This document shows, in pieces, positions 29,878 through 32,000 of a stretch of DNA of 32,000 nucleotides; position 1 is the stretch's first letter, and the number at the start of each line of letters is the position of its first letter. The position numbers and the translations under genes were made by a program. The notes under the pieces were generated by a model. It saw nothing but the letters and a program-made list of their open reading frames with translations. It searched no databases and had not been told where the DNA came from. Origin of the DNA: Synechococcus phage S-CBWM1; the sequence record MG450654.1. One strand, given 5' to 3'.

Positions 29878-30323
29878 TGGCCAAGTTCAGAGCGACTTGC
29901 TGGCTCGGCCAAGAAGGTGGACAGCAGACAATTGAAGTCAATGCTACCAACGCTGGGTACGCCGAGAAGATGATGCGCTCTGTTTACGGGGCAAAATCTG
30001 TCGGGAACCTGGTGGAGGTGAAACCGGAGCGCGGAGACTCCCCTTCTTCTGGGTTTGGCCCAATAATCATTCTTCTGGTAGCCCTAGTAGCAGCATTCCC
30101 GCCGTGGGTTCTCATGGTTATTGGCGGCGCTGCTGGAACCTGGATCGCTGAGAAGGTGTGCCGGGTAAGTATTGAGGAGGCGATGGACAATGACATGGTC
30201 AGCCGTTTCTGGATCATCTTCCTCATTGCCCTTATCGGAGGGGGAATCGGTTTCGTCAAAGGAACCGACCTTCAGAGGGAAGTAAATTCTCCTGTCCCAA
30301 CAATAGAGAGGAAAGCAAATTGA
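29874..30323 (+). CDS. membrane protein (two or more TM)
   Basis: Hydrophobic IIILLVALVAAFPPWVLMVIGGAAG and FWIIFLIALIGGGIGF. Confidence 0.65.
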   Translation: MMAKFRATCWLGQEGGQQTIEVNATNAGYAEKMMRSVYGAKSVGNLVEVKPERGDSPSSGFGPIIILLVALVAAFPPWVLMVIGGAAGTWIAEKVCRVSIEEAMDNDMVSRFWIIFLIALIGGGIGFVKGTDLQREVNSPVPTIERKAN

Positions 30324-30580
30324 GTGACGAAGAATGCTGCCGTTATTCCTTAGGAGGATCTCTAGCAGACACTATGAACCGAATCGCAGAGGATCCCCGG
30401 ATCGTTGATCAGGATGTTGGTAAGGAGCGCATGGCAATCTGTAAAGCGTGTCCCCATCTGAAAGCCCTAGATAGGTGTGAGATCTGCGGTTGCTTCATGA
30501 CCATAAAGGTGTACTTCGCAAACGTAAGCTGCCCGCTCCCTGAACCTAAGTGGATTGAGTATGGGATTACAAAAAGTTAA
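30320..30580 (+). CDS. Cys-rich zinc-binding small phage protein
   Basis: CKACPHLKALDRCEICGCFMTIKVYFANVSCPLPEPKW. Confidence 0.7.
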   Translation: MSDEECCRYSLGGSLADTMNRIAEDPRIVDQDVGKERMAICKACPHLKALDRCEICGCFMTIKVYFANVSCPLPEPKWIEYGITKS

Positions 30581-30827
30581 GTACCACATCAGGAATGCGG
30601 ATCTGGCCAACGAGTTCATCCGTGTGGAGGGAAGGATAATGGATCCTGTCCGACAAGAGCTGGGTACCGTTCTCAAGAAGGTCTACTACGTAGACCAAGC
30701 AGGGAAGACCATAACACTCGGGCTTTACTGGAAAGGTCCGGTGCCGATATATAGAGTGAGGATCCGGGAGGAAGCCCTGCTCCGCTCAATGACAAACAAC
30801 AACCTCGTATCAATCACATATGGATAA
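30555..30827 (+). CDS. hypothetical protein
   Basis: 90 aa; overlaps the previous CDS by 26 nt, so an internal start is possible. Confidence 0.5.
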   Translation: MSMGLQKVKYHIRNADLANEFIRVEGRIMDPVRQELGTVLKKVYYVDQAGKTITLGLYWKGPVPIYRVRIREEALLRSMTNNNLVSITYG

Positions 30828-31035
30828 AGAAACACGCGAAGCCCTTGTAGAGTCAGTCGTGGCTCGCACCGTGGCAACCGCCCCGATCTCCGAAGTCGTT
30901 CGGGTATACAGCGAAGTGTCCCGAAATCACTTCAATCGCAACCTCACAGAGGAAGAATTCGAAAGTCTCGTTCGTCGTGAATTCCCCGATCTGGCTGAAG
31001 TCTACCTCCCTAGTTCTCTCATTGTCACTCCCTGA
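30820..31035 (+). CDS. hypothetical protein
   Basis: 71 aa, overlaps previous stop. Confidence 0.55.
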   Translation: MDKETREALVESVVARTVATAPISEVVRVYSEVSRNHFNRNLTEEEFESLVRREFPDLAEVYLPSSLIVTP

Positions 31036-31037
31036 AA

Positions 31038-31169
31038 ATGCCAATTATCGAGGAGAGTCGTCGCAACTGTCGTAATTGTTCACACTGCGTCGTAGAATAC
31101 GAAAGTGCCCCATACTTCGATAAGTGCCTCAGGAATTGGGAACGATTCTTAAACCTATTTTCTAGATGA
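31038..31169 (+). CDS. Cys-rich mini-protein (43 aa)
   Basis: MPIIEESRRNCRNCSHCVVEYESAPYFDKCLRNWERFLNLFSR*; tight overlaps both sides; absent from the ORF track. Confidence 0.55.
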   Translation: MPIIEESRRNCRNCSHCVVEYESAPYFDKCLRNWERFLNLFSR

Positions 31170-31876
31170 ACAACAAAAAGATATCCCCCTATGACGTAGT
31201 TGCCGTAGGGGACATTCACGGATCATACGACCTTCTCTCCTCCTTTGTCAGGAGCGTTCGGGGGACTGGGGCTATCGTAATCTTCCTTGGAGACCTGGTA
31301 GACCGAGGCTCTGGTGATGTTGAGTGCTTAACCCTCGTCCGCTCGATGAACAAGAATCCGGAGAAATTCGGATTGTCCGCCGCCCATTGCCTTCTCGGTA
31401 ATCACGAAAGTCTCATGGTCAATGCCCTGAGTGGGGACAAAATGGGAATGGTGGACTGGATTGGTAATGGAGGAGCTTTCTGGAAGAGCGAAGTTCTTAA
31501 GCAATTCGTTCCGTGGCTCAAAACCCTTCCCTACGTCATGACAGACGCCAGCACAGGGACCGTATTCTCTCACGCTGGCCTGATTCCTGGAGAAGATCCG
31601 GATGAAACTATCCGTAGTGGCCGCGCCAATTCCCTTATATGGATCAGAGAACCATTCCTAACCTCTGGCCCTGAGTTTGAGAAGTACGGCGGAAAGTACC
31701 GCAGAGCAGTTCACGGGCATTCTTGGGCAGTTACGAATGACGGCTTCATTATGACGGAGCCAGATATCTCCAAGAGCGGAGATCGGGTTGGGATTGATAC
31801 CGCAGCATATGTGACAGGGGTACTGACGGCTTTCAACTCCACGACAGAAGAGTTCTATCAGATGTTTAGGGAATGA
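31166..31876 (+). CDS. calcineurin-like protein phosphatase (PPP-like)
   Basis: VVAVGDIHGSYDLL, IFLGDLVDRGSG, LLGNHESLMVN, HAGLIPG motifs. Confidence 0.9.
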   Translation: MNNKKISPYDVVAVGDIHGSYDLLSSFVRSVRGTGAIVIFLGDLVDRGSGDVECLTLVRSMNKNPEKFGLSAAHCLLGNHESLMVNALSGDKMGMVDWIGNGGAFWKSEVLKQFVPWLKTLPYVMTDASTGTVFSHAGLIPGEDPDETIRSGRANSLIWIREPFLTSGPEFEKYGGKYRRAVHGHSWAVTNDGFIMTEPDISKSGDRVGIDTAAYVTGVLTAFNSTTEEFYQMFRE

Positions 31877-32000
31877 TCGACAAGAAGGAAAAACTCTCAG
31901 AGATGATCTTCTGGGCAATTGGGGCGTTAGAGCGCCTCGCTACTCTGGGTATGTTGGATCCAGAAATTCCATACAAGATTCCCTTCAACAAAGTTGACCG
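31873..32000 (+). CDS. hypothetical protein, truncated by window edge
   Basis: ATG overlaps upstream TGA; open to the end (MIDKKEKLSEMIFWAIGALERLATLG...). Confidence 0.6.
   Translation, partial: MIDKKEKLSEMIFWAIGALERLATLGMLDPEIPYKIPFNKVD

Noticed and set aside
1-32000. CRISPR array
   Set aside because: The recurrent strings are tRNA arms or the promoter cassette; no regular repeat-spacer series was seen.
1-32000. rRNA genes or transposon/IS elements
   Set aside because: No 16S/23S/5S signature, transposase motif or flanking IS inverted repeats recognised; only HNH-type mobile endonucleases.

Overview
The window reads as an all-plus-strand segment of a large tailed-phage or phage-like genome. 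I infer a picocyanobacterial-type host link, not proven. Main content: (1) A tightly packed candidate DNA-hypermodification operon (3.7-7.9 kb): a TET/JBP-like 2OG-Fe(II) dioxygenase, a TET-associated-type glycosyltransferase, a HAD phosphatase, a LicC/NDP-sugar-type nucleotidyltransferase and an APH/choline-kinase-like phosphotransferase. (2) About 38 tRNA genes (11.0-24.8 kb), whose anticodons between them cover all 20 amino acids. None encodes CCA in the positions I checked. They sit near a CCA-adding-enzyme-like gene and a PTH2-like peptidyl-tRNA hydrolase. (3) A circularly permuted (two-piece) tmRNA gene at about 23.9-24.2 kb, with a G3:U70 pair and predicted tag ANKIVAFHRQAVSCA*. (4) A DUF1874/AcrIII-1-like protein (candidate anti-type-III CRISPR ring nuclease) just downstream of the tmRNA. 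(5) About ten copies of a modular hairpin/-35/17-bp/-10/dyad cassette, plus a second recurrent motif, GGGTAAAA, upstream of genes and tRNAs. (6) HNH endonucleases embedded in the tRNA regions, a GH24-type endolysin, an RlpA-like protein, an OMP-like barrel, three calcineurin-like phosphoesterases and a DUF932 protein. (7) Several unassigned structured or repeated non-coding segments, including a 32-nt perfect inverted dispersed repeat at 10.46 and 26.5 kb and a three-way-junction RNA candidate at 19.84-19.93 kb. Family calls come from motif reading only. No database search or folding software was run.
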